From Kiritimatiellia bacterium (lineage in GTDB: Bacteria > Verrucomicrobiota > Kiritimatiellia > RFP12 > UBA1067): a stretch of 64,000 bases of DNA. The DNA is taken from assembly GCA_050949565.1 (NCBI GenBank), contig JBMNFY010000017.1:1088001-1152000 (forward strand), in the 5' to 3' direction. Position numbers and translations under genes: made by a program. Shown here in pieces: positions 47,829-58,574 of this stretch (its first letter is position 1; every line of letters begins with the position of its first letter). The notes under the pieces are model-generated. The model saw nothing but the letters and a program-made list of their open reading frames with translations, searched no databases and was not told the DNA's origin.

Positions 47829-49097
47829 TTACGGATGATTCGTCGTCAGTGCGAACCGCGCGCCGCAGTTTTCCTTTTCGTCAGGGTTCACCGACTTCTG
47901 CGGATAGCGATACGCCGAACGCGTCACGCGGATCATCACGTTGTCTGAATTGCCGCAACCACAGTGCGTACCGCGCGTCACGCGGTAGGGCGTGGCGTAG
48001 GTCGGCGTCTGGCCTACCGGATCATCGCCTGTTGTATGCAAACAAAAGGAGGCGTCCTGTGTGTTGTCGGCACTGCGGCCGAGCGTCAGCGTCCACTGAT
48101 GGCGGCAGGCGATCATGTCGTAGAGCCCCCAGGGATTCGGCGACTTTGTACCGACTGCGGTGGTGAGCGAGGCCCAGGAACGGATGGACGCGGCGTCGGA
48201 CGCGAACACATGCGGCGTGGTGGTGCCTGCGCGGGCGGCGTACTCCCACTGCGCCTCGGTGGGGAAGTCGAAGTTGAGCCCCGTCCTCGCACGCAGCACG
48301 CCGAGCGGTTTCGCGGGATCGACAGCCGTGGTCTGCGGCCAGCAGTACGGGCCGCCGGGTGTGTCCGCGCCGCGGAGCGCCTCATAGGTACAGTGATCGG
48401 CCGACCATACGTTGTTTGTGTCGGTTCCGGCTCCGAGCCGGTTGAGTTGGCCGACCGTCGCCGGGAACACCGCCAGCCAAAAGCCCTTTGTCAGGCGTAC
48501 CTCGGCGGGTGCTTCGCGATACCTATCGCTCGCCGACTGGTAATACGCCGACTCGTCGCCCGCGCCAAGCGTGAACGAGTCCTTGCCGCTGATCGCTTGC
48601 CACTCCGCCGAGAGCGTGGAGGGAATGTATTTGAACGCCATGTACCGCGTTTTGTACGCGACCGTATTCACTTGATTGGAGAAGTCGATGTCGTAATAGG
48701 CGATATTGCCGGTATCGAGATCCACCGTCATATAACGGTAGTTGTACGGCGCGTTGGTGATGACGACATTGAAGGAGACGCCCCTCAGCGAGGCGTCCGG
48801 AAAATCAGCCGTCGGGTCCCACTGTACCGAGTGGTAGCCCTCGCCGAAGACGGCCGTGGTATTGAGCCCCGTCAGCGTTTTGGTGACGCCCTTGACTGTA
48901 GCGTCGATCCGGAATTGCGCACCGAGTGTGGATTTCGTCGCGCTCTCGGGTGCTGCCAGATAAAACTCAATGTCCACGGTTTGCGCCCACGGCCATCGTT
49001 GGGCGGCAGAAATGTCGCGGACGGTGAAGCCGCCGTCGCCGGCGGATGCGGTGAGCACCGCGAATGCGAGAAGGCCGATCATGTGAGTGATTTTCAT
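47829..49097 (-). CDS. FGE-sulfatase (SUMF1/C-type lectin fold) domain protein
   Basis: QRWPW, FPTEAQWEYAARAG, PNPWGLYDM, RSAYR..GARF. Confidence 0.85.
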   Translation of the reverse strand: MKITHMIGLLAFAVLTASAGDGGFTVRDISAAQRWPWAQTVDIEFYLAAPESATKSTLGAQFRIDATVKGVTKTLTGLNTTAVFGEGYHSVQWDPTADFPDASLRGVSFNVVITNAPYNYRYMTVDLDTGNIAYYDIDFSNQVNTVAYKTRYMAFKYIPSTLSAEWQAISGKDSFTLGAGDESAYYQSASDRYREAPAEVRLTKGFWLAVFPATVGQLNRLGAGTDTNNVWSADHCTYEALRGADTPGGPYCWPQTTAVDPAKPLGVLRARTGLNFDFPTEAQWEYAARAGTTTPHVFASDAASIRSWASLTTAVGTKSPNPWGLYDMIACRHQWTLTLGRSADNTQDASFCLHTTGDDPVGQTPTYATPYRVTRGTHCGCGNSDNVMIRVTRSAYRYPQKSVNPDEKENCGARFALTTNHP

Positions 49098-49125
49098 ATC
49101 ATATCTCCAGTTTGGGGAAAAGGAT

Positions 49126-49750
49126 TCAACGGATGATCACCATCGTACCGTCATCGAAGGAATCGAGCTCGGCTGATGCGTGGTGGTTGACGGCGCGATC
49201 AGTGGACCAGAAATAGAGGTCCACCGTGTATGCGGCTTTCGGTTTCGCTATCTGGTCGTAGACGAAGAGCCCCGTGCCGCGCCAAATGCTGTCCGTCGAA
49301 GCGACCTGGGTGGCGGTGTTCGTCCATACCAAGTGAGCAGACGTCGCCATATCCACAAACCAGCGCGTATCGGCCGGGATCACCAGCGGATACTCGATCG
49401 CCTTCCACGACCTAGAGCCGATCGGTCCCCGCCGCACGTCCGTGTGGCCGAACGCGCCGGCGAAGACATCGTACGTGCGGGACTTCGAGCGCGTCCCGTT
49501 GGCGTTGGCGAAGGTGAGCGTGACGACCGGCGAGCCCGTGTTCATGCCGCTGCCCACGGCGAAGAGGTCAGTCAGCACCACGTTTGTGACGGACGTATCC
49601 GACGTAGACCAGGTGCGGTCCACGCCGAGTGTCTCGCTCTTCACCGTCACGGTCACGCCGGTGGCATTCATCGGGATCCATTCCCAATCCCAATCCCAGT
49701 TCACATCAAGCGTGTTCGAGGTCAACCGCCAATAGCCGCTCGCCTGCGAT
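49126..49750 (-). pseudogene. 5'-truncated exported protein ending FDDGTMVIIR
   Basis: No signal peptide or RBS; the reading frame extends upstream of the called TTG into the junction with the large adhesin gene. Confidence 0.5.
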
Positions 49751-52700
49751 CGGTGCTGACCTCGACCTGATAGCGCCGACCGGGCTCTGTGTTGAAGCGC
49801 AGCGTCACGCTCTGCAGATCAAGCCGGACCGCCTCCACTTGCAAGGAGTCAACCGTTACCGGCGTCAGCGAGAGATGCAGATTGCCAGCCTCGTCGATCA
49901 CCCTGAGGTAATACGCGCTGCCTGCCACCAGCCTGCTCGCGGTGACGGAGTAGGTGTTCGCGCCCTCGCCCACGACAAGCCAGGCGGGCACACGGCCAAC
50001 CTCGGCCCACGCATTGTCGATCCACGCGTAGATCACGATATCGCCGCATCCGGCTTCGTTCACCGTCGACAGTTGGATGGTCACGCCTTCCGGCGTGGCG
50101 TGCAGACGGATGTCGATCGCAGTTGACAGCGGATGATCCCTGAACCCGAAGTTCAACGTTTCAGCCGGATGTCCGGCCAAAATCCCCGCACCAGAGACTA
50201 CGGTGTGGACGATTACAGCGTCCTCGCCCGAGGCGATCGCCCGGTTACGCCGTTCGTCGCCGTACGCCGCATGGCCTTCCGCGGGCACGTCAACCAATGT
50301 CGCGTTCACCCGTGAGACCAGCACCGACACAACACCCGGCGGCACCGAACCAAACTCGTAGTAGCCAACCGCATCGGTGTTGGTCGAGGCTATGACAACG
50401 CCGTCCACCATCAGCCGTACAAGCGCATTGGTGACTGTCGTGTCACCCTTGGCGCGCAGCAGATCGTTGACGGTGTCTATGAAGACATATCCCCTGACCA
50501 TGGCGGGTAGCGTGTCCAAGAAGTTGTTGTTCGCCGAACGTCCGCCGTCAAGCAGCGACACTGTAATGCTGTTGTCGTTCGTGCCATCGGCATCCATCGT
50601 GCTGGACCAATTCGGCAGGTCGGTCTGGACGATCTCATAGTCCCCCGGCGGGAGGTTATCAAAGGTATAGCTGCCATCGGCCGCCGTCGTGGTCGTGGCG
50701 ACAACCACGCCGTTGGTCTTGAGCGTCACGGTGACGCCTTCCAACCCGGCAGCCTTGTCCGCCTCATCGAAAACGCCGTCGCCGTTCAGGTCATGCCAAA
50801 CATGGCCTTCGATCGTACCTGAGCGCGCGTCAAAGAAGTCCCGCCCCGTCACCTTGTCGCCAGCGCTGACGCTTACGGGGATCTGGTTGTCGTTCGCGCC
50901 GACGACGTCGCCGGTGCTCTGGTAGCCCGGCAAGTCGGTCTCGACCACGACGTAGCTGCCGGCCGGCAGACCGCTGAAGGCGTAACCGCCCTTGTTGTCG
51001 GTCTGTGTATGGCTCACGGCCTCCTCGCCGGGGTCGATCTCGCCATTGTTGTTGGCGTCCTTGTAGAGCGCGACCGTCACCCCCTTGACTCCCACTTCGT
51101 CAGGATCGGCTGTGCCGTTGCGGTTCGCGTCGTTCCAGACGGTGCCGCTGATTGAGGCGTAGTCGGCGATGGGCATACGGACATCGCAGAAGTCATTGTT
51201 GGGATAGACACCGCTACCGGCGACAGTCACGGCGATGCGGTTGTCGTTGGCCCCCTGCGTGTCGCCAGTACTCTTGTAACCGGGCGGGTCGACCTCGACG
51301 ATAATATAGTCGCCGTCGGGCAGGTTGGAAAACTCGTAATAGCCGTCTTTACCGAGCGTGGTGGTGGTTGTTATCAGGTCACCGCCAGCGGTGTAGAGTT
51401 TGATCTCGACGTCTTTGAGGCGCGGCTCGCCGGAATCACCGATACCGTTCTCGTTGAGGTCGTTCCAGACGTGGCCGCTGATCAGGCCGGCGGTGGTCAC
51501 GAGGTTCGTGTCGGAGTCCCGGGCAGGCGGCACGGGGTTGCCGTGCTCGTCCTCGGAGTAGTCGGCAATGGCGGTATTGACAATCGGAGTACCGGCACCG
51601 ACCACTTTGAATTTAAGGTCGATCGTGATCGAACCGCCCACGTCGAGGCCGCCGGGAGCAGCGATGTTCTCCCAGAAGAGCAAGCCCGCACCGACACCGT
51701 CAGGCTCGGTCGTTGCCGAACCGGGCACGTAGGCGAGATAGGCGGCGCTAAAGGCATCCTCCAGCGGCAGCAACGTAATACGCGTGGTGCCGGTGTTGGT
51801 CACCACGATACGGTATTCGACGATATCCCCGTAACTCGCGGTGCCACCGCTGGGCGAGAGCAGCGTCTTGGTGACCGTGTGGCCGGCATTGACGATCTCG
51901 ACGGCGGCAGAGTCGCTCTGCGAGCCGCCGGGGTACGTGGCTGTGGCGCTATTGACTGCCGTATTTGCGGCGGTCTGCGCCTTGAAGGTCAGTTCGAACT
52001 CCCGGTAGCCGCCGACAGCCAGCGGGCCAACGTTATTCCAAGTCACTTGGCGCTGTGTCGCGTTGTGGATGTCCGCCGTGGGCGAAGCCGAGACGAATTT
52101 TAGCTGGATGGGATAGGTGTCCGTCAGGGTGACGGGATCGAGCACCGTGGTGCCGGTGTTGGCCACCCTTACACGATAGACCACCTCATCGCCGACCACC
52201 ACTGCGGTAACGGATGGGTCGGCGAGTTGTTTCTGGATGGCCAAGCCGGAAGTGCCGGACGGTTGCGTCACGATTGCCGTGTCGCTTGAGGTGTCGGTGG
52301 GATCGTTCGGATCAACGTAGACCACATCCAGTACCGTCCCCGGAGGAGCGTAGAGCGTGCCGTCTTCGTCGCCGCCATCGGTTGTCGAGTTGGCAGGCAC
52401 TTCAGCGGTGAAGATGCCGGTGTTGGGGCCGGTCTCATAAAGCGTGATGGTCTCGGTGTCGCCGCTGCTGGTGGTGACGGTTACCGTGACCGTTTCTACG
52501 ACATTGGGGTCGGTGTTCTGATCCAGATCGATCACACGAATGAAGACCGTCTGATCGGGATCATAGGTATCGGTGGCGGCACCGTTGTTGGTGATGGTGA
52601 ACTCGGTGGTGCTCGGCGTGCCGAAGTCGAGGAAGGTGACATCGAGCCGTGTCGCGGCGGTGTCCGTGATGCCCTCGGTGCCCTCGTGCGCCGTGACCGC

Positions 52701-54785
52701 GACCGAATAGCTGCCCTCCGCCGGTGGGCGCCAAACGTACTCATAGGTCTTGGTACACGACGTGACATCGACAACCTCGGCGTCATTCAACGACGCCGTC
52801 ACGCCCGCCTCCGGGATGGAGATGTCGAGGCCAGTGATGTCGTAGGCGCCGAAGGGATCGCTGACCGTCGCACGGACATAGGCCGTCGCACCTGCGACGA
52901 TAGCCCCCACCGGACTGCCACCGGGATAGGGTGCGTCGTAAATCGCCAGCGATTCGATGTCGATCACGGTCTCAGCGGGCAGACTGACGCGCGAGGGATA
53001 GTCGGCGCTGTCGTAGAGCACCGCGAAGGGCGAACTGTCGGCGGTAGTGATCTCAAGGGTGACCGCCTGTCCGGCGGGCACCGTCACTGGGCTGCTCCCC
53101 ACAGTACCACTCCAGTCAACTTGGTAGATCCCTGCCCCATTGGCGCCATTGGCAAGCCGTTGGGCCGTGGGGGCGCTGAGAGTCGCAAAGGTCGTGCTGC
53201 CGTACTTGAGCGTGGCGCTGATGGCGGGGTTCACCGGCAGGTTGTCCTCTGTGGATGCCACATAAATGCGTGCAGAGATATTGCCGTTAGCAGGCATCAC
53301 GAAATCCTTGCAGAAAACCGGTGCCTGCGTAAACGACACGCTCGTCACGTTTTGCGACGGAATCGGCTGCTCGGCACCGTACGTGATGAAGGTGTCGGTC
53401 ATCGAGGCATACTGCGCGCTGATCCAATGCTGGCTCCGGGCGGCGGTGGCGATGCGCATCTCGTCGAGCTGGCCGTCGAAGTGGTGACCCGATGCCGTGT
53501 GCGCCGCGATGTAGTTGCCATTACCAACTACGGGGGTCCTGGAGGAGGGCGATACGGTCGCGTTCACGCCGTTGACGTAAATCGCATCCGTCGTGCCGCT
53601 GTGGACCCAGGCGACATGGATCCACGTTCTCCGTGCCGGAAGCGGGGCGGCTGCCTTCAATAGGCGGGGATAAATTGCGCTGCCGTTATACCACATGACT
53701 TCCACACGGTCGTTGTACCAGAGAACCTGATAGTCAATGCCGTTCACGCTTTGCGTGAAAATGCGGTCGAACTCCTCGCAATACCCGACCCAGATCCACG
53801 ATTCAAAGGTGAAAGCCGTGCTACCGGTGGGAATGATCGCGCCGGACGACAACGAGGTGTAGCCCACTCCATCAACATACCCGTCGGCACCGTTCACCGC
53901 CCCGGTAAGATCACGCATGACCGTTGCCGAGGCGACTCCATTCCAGCCGTTGCCGGTGGAATCGCCCACGGCGGTACCCGACGTCTCATCCATGTGCCAC
54001 ACCGCGCGGAAATTGCTGCTCCAGACGGCGGCGGGGGACTGGGCGTCCGTGGCGGCAGGATTGCCATACTCCATCCAGATGCTGTCAGTGTTTGACGAGG
54101 CGTTAATGCGTGGCACTTTGACCCAGACGTGGGCCTGCTGCGCGGTTGCGTTCCACGATTCGATCTCGTAGCTGAGCGGCGTGGTGCCGTCGGCATCGAA
54201 GAAGCGGATGTCGCGTCCGTCACTCTGGGCGTTAGCGAAATTGAAATTCGTACTGGTCAGATGGACGAGCACGGGGAAGTTGTCGAGGTTCTCGTTGCGC
54301 GAGCCGTTGTTGAAGGTGAGCTGCTTCTTGTAATGCCACTCGCTGCCGTCAAGAACCACCGTGTAGGCGGTCGTCGCATCCCCGGAGGCCACCGGATCGA
54401 TGCGATCCATGGCGTCGGCTGTCGCTCCGCCGGTGACGACAACCTGTTCGTTGCCCAGCGTGCTGAAGGTGCCGTTCATCGAGGCGTACTGCGCACTGAT
54501 CCAATTGGCGCTCCGCGCGGTGGCGGCGACGCGCATTTCGTCGAGCCGTCCGTCAAACGGGTTGCCGGATGGCACGCGTGTGCCGATGTAGTTGTTGCCA
54601 TTACCGGTTGTCGTACTCGAATGGGATGGCGTGGTACTACCGGCCACACCGTTGATGTAGAGGGTGTCGCTGGTGCCGTTGAATACCCAAGCAAAATGGA
54701 ACCAACTCCCCGTCGCCGGCACTGGGATGGCACCCTTGATCGGGGCGGCAACGGACCCGCCATCATTGCGCGAGACTTGAATCAT
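49722..54785 (-). CDS. Large adhesin-like protein (LamG, DUF2341, DUF11, SdrD B-like repeats), apparently truncated at both ends
   Basis: DGRDIRF..LSYEIE..WVKVP (DUF2341), FDGRLDE (LamG), YRVRVANTG (DUF11), ISGHVWND.N.NG repeats (SdrD B); starts mid-LamG. Confidence 0.8.
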   Translation of the reverse strand: MIQVSRNDGGSVAAPIKGAIPVPATGSWFHFAWVFNGTSDTLYINGVAGSTTPSHSSTTTGNGNNYIGTRVPSGNPFDGRLDEMRVAATARSANWISAQYASMNGTFSTLGNEQVVVTGGATADAMDRIDPVASGDATTAYTVVLDGSEWHYKKQLTFNNGSRNENLDNFPVLVHLTSTNFNFANAQSDGRDIRFFDADGTTPLSYEIESWNATAQQAHVWVKVPRINASSNTDSIWMEYGNPAATDAQSPAAVWSSNFRAVWHMDETSGTAVGDSTGNGWNGVASATVMRDLTGAVNGADGYVDGVGYTSLSSGAIIPTGSTAFTFESWIWVGYCEEFDRIFTQSVNGIDYQVLWYNDRVEVMWYNGSAIYPRLLKAAAPLPARRTWIHVAWVHSGTTDAIYVNGVNATVSPSSRTPVVGNGNYIAAHTASGHHFDGQLDEMRIATAARSQHWISAQYASMTDTFITYGAEQPIPSQNVTSVSFTQAPVFCKDFVMPANGNISARIYVASTEDNLPVNPAISATLKYGSTTFATLSAPTAQRLANGANGAGIYQVDWSGTVGSSPVTVPAGQAVTLEITTADSSPFAVLYDSADYPSRVSLPAETVIDIESLAIYDAPYPGGSPVGAIVAGATAYVRATVSDPFGAYDITGLDISIPEAGVTASLNDAEVVDVTSCTKTYEYVWRPPAEGSYSVAVTAHEGTEGITDTAATRLDVTFLDFGTPSTTEFTITNNGAATDTYDPDQTVFIRVIDLDQNTDPNVVETVTVTVTTSSGDTETITLYETGPNTGIFTAEVPANSTTDGGDEDGTLYAPPGTVLDVVYVDPNDPTDTSSDTAIVTQPSGTSGLAIQKQLADPSVTAVVVGDEVVYRVRVANTGTTVLDPVTLTDTYPIQLKFVSASPTADIHNATQRQVTWNNVGPLAVGGYREFELTFKAQTAANTAVNSATATYPGGSQSDSAAVEIVNAGHTVTKTLLSPSGGTASYGDIVEYRIVVTNTGTTRITLLPLEDAFSAAYLAYVPGSATTEPDGVGAGLLFWENIAAPGGLDVGGSITIDLKFKVVGAGTPIVNTAIADYSEDEHGNPVPPARDSDTNLVTTAGLISGHVWNDLNENGIGDSGEPRLKDVEIKLYTAGGDLITTTTTLGKDGYYEFSNLPDGDYIIVEVDPPGYKSTGDTQGANDNRIAVTVAGSGVYPNNDFCDVRMPIADYASISGTVWNDANRNGTADPDEVGVKGVTVALYKDANNNGEIDPGEEAVSHTQTDNKGGYAFSGLPAGSYVVVETDLPGYQSTGDVVGANDNQIPVSVSAGDKVTGRDFFDARSGTIEGHVWHDLNGDGVFDEADKAAGLEGVTVTLKTNGVVVATTTTAADGSYTFDNLPPGDYEIVQTDLPNWSSTMDADGTNDNSITVSLLDGGRSANNNFLDTLPAMVRGYVFIDTVNDLLRAKGDTTVTNALVRLMVDGVVIASTNTDAVGYYEFGSVPPGVVSVLVSRVNATLVDVPAEGHAAYGDERRNRAIASGEDAVIVHTVVSGAGILAGHPAETLNFGFRDHPLSTAIDIRLHATPEGVTIQLSTVNEAGCGDIVIYAWIDNAWAEVGRVPAWLVVGEGANTYSVTASRLVAGSAYYLRVIDEAGNLHLSLTPVTVDSLQVEAVRLDLQSVTLRFNTEPGRRYQVEVSTDRRRAAIGG

Positions 54786-55041
54786 GGTGTCGCTCCAGAC
54801 GACCTGGCAATTACGGTTCGCCGCATATTTTTGAATGATTGTCTATCTCCTCTTTTTTATTGGACAGCGTCGCGGAAATCAGGCCGCCCTACTGTGAAGA
54901 ACGTTGAACGCCCGGCGCTGAAGTCTGGAACTTGAAGCAGAAATCAAAAAACCTCTTGACGTTCTCGGCGTCTCGGCGGTTGCAAAACACTCAACGGTCA
55001 ACCTTGACACGCAAGCAGGGGGAGCCATACACTCAAGCCGT

Positions 55042-57309
55042 ATGAAAAGAGTGCTGATCATGTCGGTGGTAGTGTTCGGCGCACTGGCGGTTGTCGCCGG
55101 TGAAGATGCTTCCTGGCAAGCCAAGATTCGGAAGGACCATCCGCGCATGTTTTTCAACGCGGAGACGTGGCCTGCCATTAAAGCCCAAGCGCTCTCTGAC
55201 GGCTACACGCGCGAGCGCCTCAATGCCTTGCTGAAGGCAGTGGATGCGTATCCCGCCGATCCGGTCTGCTCGGGATATGAGCCCGTTACGACGCCACCTT
55301 CGACGCCTATCCCGGGCGTCAAAGAGTTCGGCGAGCAGGCCGCGCGTTGCGCGCTCGCGTGGCGTTTCACAGGCAAGCCTGAATATCTGGACAAGGCGCG
55401 CAAGATGCTCGTGGTGAGCGTTGCGGCTTACCGCCAGGCCTATGCGAACCGGCGTGCTGTGAACTGGTATTCCACCAGTCGCATCCTCGCGCTGTGTGCC
55501 TACGACTGGATTTTCGAAGCGCTCACACCCGACCAGCGCCGGGAGATCATCGTGCCGCTACTTGAACACGTCGCCGAAATTCAGCCGGGGCCGGGCAAAC
55601 CGGCAATCATACGCCGCAACACGGGAGGACCGAAAACGGGGTTCTACAGCGTCCCGAGTCTGCTCTGGTATGCGGGACTCGCCGCGCACGGCGACGGTTT
55701 TTGCGACGACCTCGCTCGCAGCCAATTGGAGAAGGGATACGCGCTCAATCGCGAAATGCTTGATTTCCGCGCCGCATCCTCAGGCGATGACGGCGCGTTG
55801 GTGAGCGGTGTGTCGGGGTACAGCATGGGTGCCTATCCGTGGGCACACTTCAACTTTTTCCACACCTACCTTTCCGCGACGGGCGAGAATATCGCGATGC
55901 GTTATCCCGAACTTGCGCTCTTTCCGAACTGGATCTGGTGGACCTGGATCCCGAACGCGCGCGACCCGCAGCGACCGCTCCAGTTCGGTTGGGGCGACGA
56001 CCAGCACGATGGCAATCTTCTGACAGTCGACCGGCTCTATCAGCACATGACGCAGACCATGTTTTTCTTCAAGGAGGTTGATCTGGATGCCGCACGCCTC
56101 GCCGCGAGCCTGCGCGATCTCGCGCCGAACCGTGATCTCGCCGGGGGTTGGCCGCACTACCCGTTCATCCTTGCTCTTGATAACGATGTCGTGCCGTTCA
56201 CGCGCGAAGAGCTTGCGGCCTGCACGCTCAAGGCGCGCCACTTTGAATCTACCGGGCAGTTTTTCCTCCGCTCCGGTTGGGAACCGGATTCAACCTACTG
56301 CCTGTTTACCGCCGGCGCGAAGAGTTTTGGGCACAAGCATTTGGATGAGAATAACTTCGTCATATACAAGCACGATTTCCTCGCGCTCGACTCTGGTTCG
56401 CGCGGGATTGAGACCGACACAAATCTACGCTATTACTACGCGCAGACGGTGGCCCACAACTGCATCCTGATCCACAAGCCTGGCGAGAAGACACCGAGTT
56501 ACTGGGGGCCTTTGAGCAAGGCACCCGAGGCGCAGGTGGGCCACGGCGGACAGATCGGAGGTGCCGCGCAGGTGTGTGCTTTTAGTACGGGCAGCCTGCT
56601 CACCTACATCGCTGCCGACGCAGCACCGGTCTATCGTGACAAGAGTACCGAGGTCGTGCGGCAGTTCGTGCATGTGCAGCCCGACTTCTTCGTTGTTTAC
56701 GATCGCGTGAACGCGACCGATGCCGCCTATAAAAAAGAGTGGCTGCTCCACACGCAAAACGAGCCGGTCATAACGAACAAACTTCTCCGCACGGATTGCG
56801 GCAAGGGCCGCCTCTTCTGCCAGACGCTGCTCCCCGAAAACGCCGTCCTGACGAAGGTCGGCGGTCCGGGCCGGGAGTTCTGGGCTTCCGGCAAGAACTG
56901 GGAACTCGATCCCGTGTTTGTCAAGCAAGCGGAGGCACGGGCGGCCAAGCGCGGGACGGGACCGTACTTCGGCAACTGGCGGCTTGAGGTTTCCCCGTCC
57001 GCGCCGCGTGTTGACGACCGCTTTCTGCATGTGCTCACCGCCACCGACACATCCCGCGAAAAACCTGTCGCCGCGCGCCTCATCCGCGACGACACGCGGG
57101 ACGGCGTTGTCCTGACCGTGCCCGGCTACAAAATCAAAGACCGCGACGGTACGCTGACAGTGGCGATTGTTTTCAATCGCACCGGAGAGATCGGCGGGGA
57201 GGCGCGCTATACGTTCAAGGATGCCGACGGTTCCGAGATTTCCTCCGGACGCTTTGCCTTCGAAAACATCGTGACGCCTCAAGCTGGCGTCTTTCCATCC
57301 ACGCACTAA
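55042..57309 (+). CDS. Heparinase II/III-family polysaccharide lyase-like protein
   Basis: DHPRMF, LCAYDW, FGWGD, LRSGW, HKHLDENNF, QTVAHN, VYDRV. Confidence 0.85.
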   Translation: MKRVLIMSVVVFGALAVVAGEDASWQAKIRKDHPRMFFNAETWPAIKAQALSDGYTRERLNALLKAVDAYPADPVCSGYEPVTTPPSTPIPGVKEFGEQAARCALAWRFTGKPEYLDKARKMLVVSVAAYRQAYANRRAVNWYSTSRILALCAYDWIFEALTPDQRREIIVPLLEHVAEIQPGPGKPAIIRRNTGGPKTGFYSVPSLLWYAGLAAHGDGFCDDLARSQLEKGYALNREMLDFRAASSGDDGALVSGVSGYSMGAYPWAHFNFFHTYLSATGENIAMRYPELALFPNWIWWTWIPNARDPQRPLQFGWGDDQHDGNLLTVDRLYQHMTQTMFFFKEVDLDAARLAASLRDLAPNRDLAGGWPHYPFILALDNDVVPFTREELAACTLKARHFESTGQFFLRSGWEPDSTYCLFTAGAKSFGHKHLDENNFVIYKHDFLALDSGSRGIETDTNLRYYYAQTVAHNCILIHKPGEKTPSYWGPLSKAPEAQVGHGGQIGGAAQVCAFSTGSLLTYIAADAAPVYRDKSTEVVRQFVHVQPDFFVVYDRVNATDAAYKKEWLLHTQNEPVITNKLLRTDCGKGRLFCQTLLPENAVLTKVGGPGREFWASGKNWELDPVFVKQAEARAAKRGTGPYFGNWRLEVSPSAPRVDDRFLHVLTATDTSREKPVAARLIRDDTRDGVVLTVPGYKIKDRDGTLTVAIVFNRTGEIGGEARYTFKDADGSEISSGRFAFENIVTPQAGVFPSTH

Positions 57310-57325
57310 GAGAGGTGAACCCGCC

Positions 57326-58486
57326 ATGTCGATCAACCGCCGTCAGTTTTTAGCTGCGTCCGCCTGCACAAGCGCACTTTCCGCCTGTACGTCCGTGAAG
57401 CCGCTGAAGGTAAGGCCCACGCGTTTCAAGCCCATGTCCATCCCCGGACTTGAGGCGCGTCCCGATTTCTGGCGCGTGCGACCGGACGAAATGATCGCAG
57501 GTTGCGAGAGCGTGAAGAAGGGGCGGGCGGAAGTGATCGCCCACACGCCGCTCGGTTATCCTGTTCATGCTGTGTTCTACGGTGATTTTTCGGAGCCGCC
57601 GCCGCAGAGTAACTGGTCAGCCGGTTCCGCCTCGACCTCTTGGAAATCCTACTACGGCGAGCAAGAACACAAGCAGACCATTCTCCTTATCGCCGGTGTT
57701 CACGGCGCTGAACCCGAGTCAGGCGCGGGCGCGCTGAATCTCATCCGCATGTTGGAGACGGGGCAGGATTATCGCGGCAAGACCGATCCCGAGTTGATCG
57801 AGTTGGCTTCCCGTTACCGGCTCATCATCGTCCCTTGCGTGAATATGGACGGACGCGCACTTTCGCCCGATCATCTCCGCAACGTCGACCACCACACTTT
57901 CCGTATCGCTTCGCAAGGGGCTTGGCTGGACGGTTCGCAGGTGGGTTGGCGCGGCAGCAAGGCGTGGTTCCCGTTGCCGCTGGAGCGCGTCGCCTATCCC
58001 GGCGGTTATCCGAACTCCGAGGGCTACAACATCATGCACGACTGCGCACCCGGCGACATCCGCAGCGCGGAAGCGCGCGCGCTCCTGAAACTCGCCGCAC
58101 GTTGGCGCGTGGATGCCGTGATCAACGGGCACTCCTACGAGTTCGCGCCGTCCGTGATCAATCCGAACTGCATCGACACCCCCGCCAATATCGAGCGCGT
58201 CTGCGCACTCGCGAAAAAAGCGAATGCGGCGCTTTGTGCGGCGGGTCTCAGAGAAACGCCGGGCGGCGAGCCCAAAGCGCGGAACTCCATCAACCTCAAC
58301 ACGCTCTTCGCGCTCGCCTCCGGCGCAGCCGCCATCACGCTCGAATGCTCGGTTTCCTACGACCGCCCCAAAGATCCGAGGCGCACCTACACTTTCGATG
58401 AACTGATGGAGCCTGTCTTCGTCACGCTGAAGACGGTCATGCAGGACGGGCTTGAAACCCCGCTTGCCGACCGCTCGAAGTTCTGA
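57326..58486 (+). CDS. M14-type zinc carboxypeptidase/deacylase-like protein, Tat-exported (possible lipoprotein)
   Basis: NRRQFL..LSAC, GVHGAEPE, VPCVNMDG, NGHS. Confidence 0.7.
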   Translation: MSINRRQFLAASACTSALSACTSVKPLKVRPTRFKPMSIPGLEARPDFWRVRPDEMIAGCESVKKGRAEVIAHTPLGYPVHAVFYGDFSEPPPQSNWSAGSASTSWKSYYGEQEHKQTILLIAGVHGAEPESGAGALNLIRMLETGQDYRGKTDPELIELASRYRLIIVPCVNMDGRALSPDHLRNVDHHTFRIASQGAWLDGSQVGWRGSKAWFPLPLERVAYPGGYPNSEGYNIMHDCAPGDIRSAEARALLKLAARWRVDAVINGHSYEFAPSVINPNCIDTPANIERVCALAKKANAALCAAGLRETPGGEPKARNSINLNTLFALASGAAAITLECSVSYDRPKDPRRTYTFDELMEPVFVTLKTVMQDGLETPLADRSKF

Positions 58487-58574
58487 TTTTGCGGATGTGT
58501 CGAAAGAATCGATGAATCGAATCATTCGTTGTGATCGACCATGCTCACGGGCAAGCCTGCCGCCGTAAAATCAA

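Noticed and set aside
46418-49097. Diversity-generating retroelement targeting the two FGE/C-type-lectin genes
   Set aside because: No reverse transcriptase in the window and no template repeat differing only at adenines; the two 3' ends differ by indels and general divergence. A remote DGR cannot be excluded.
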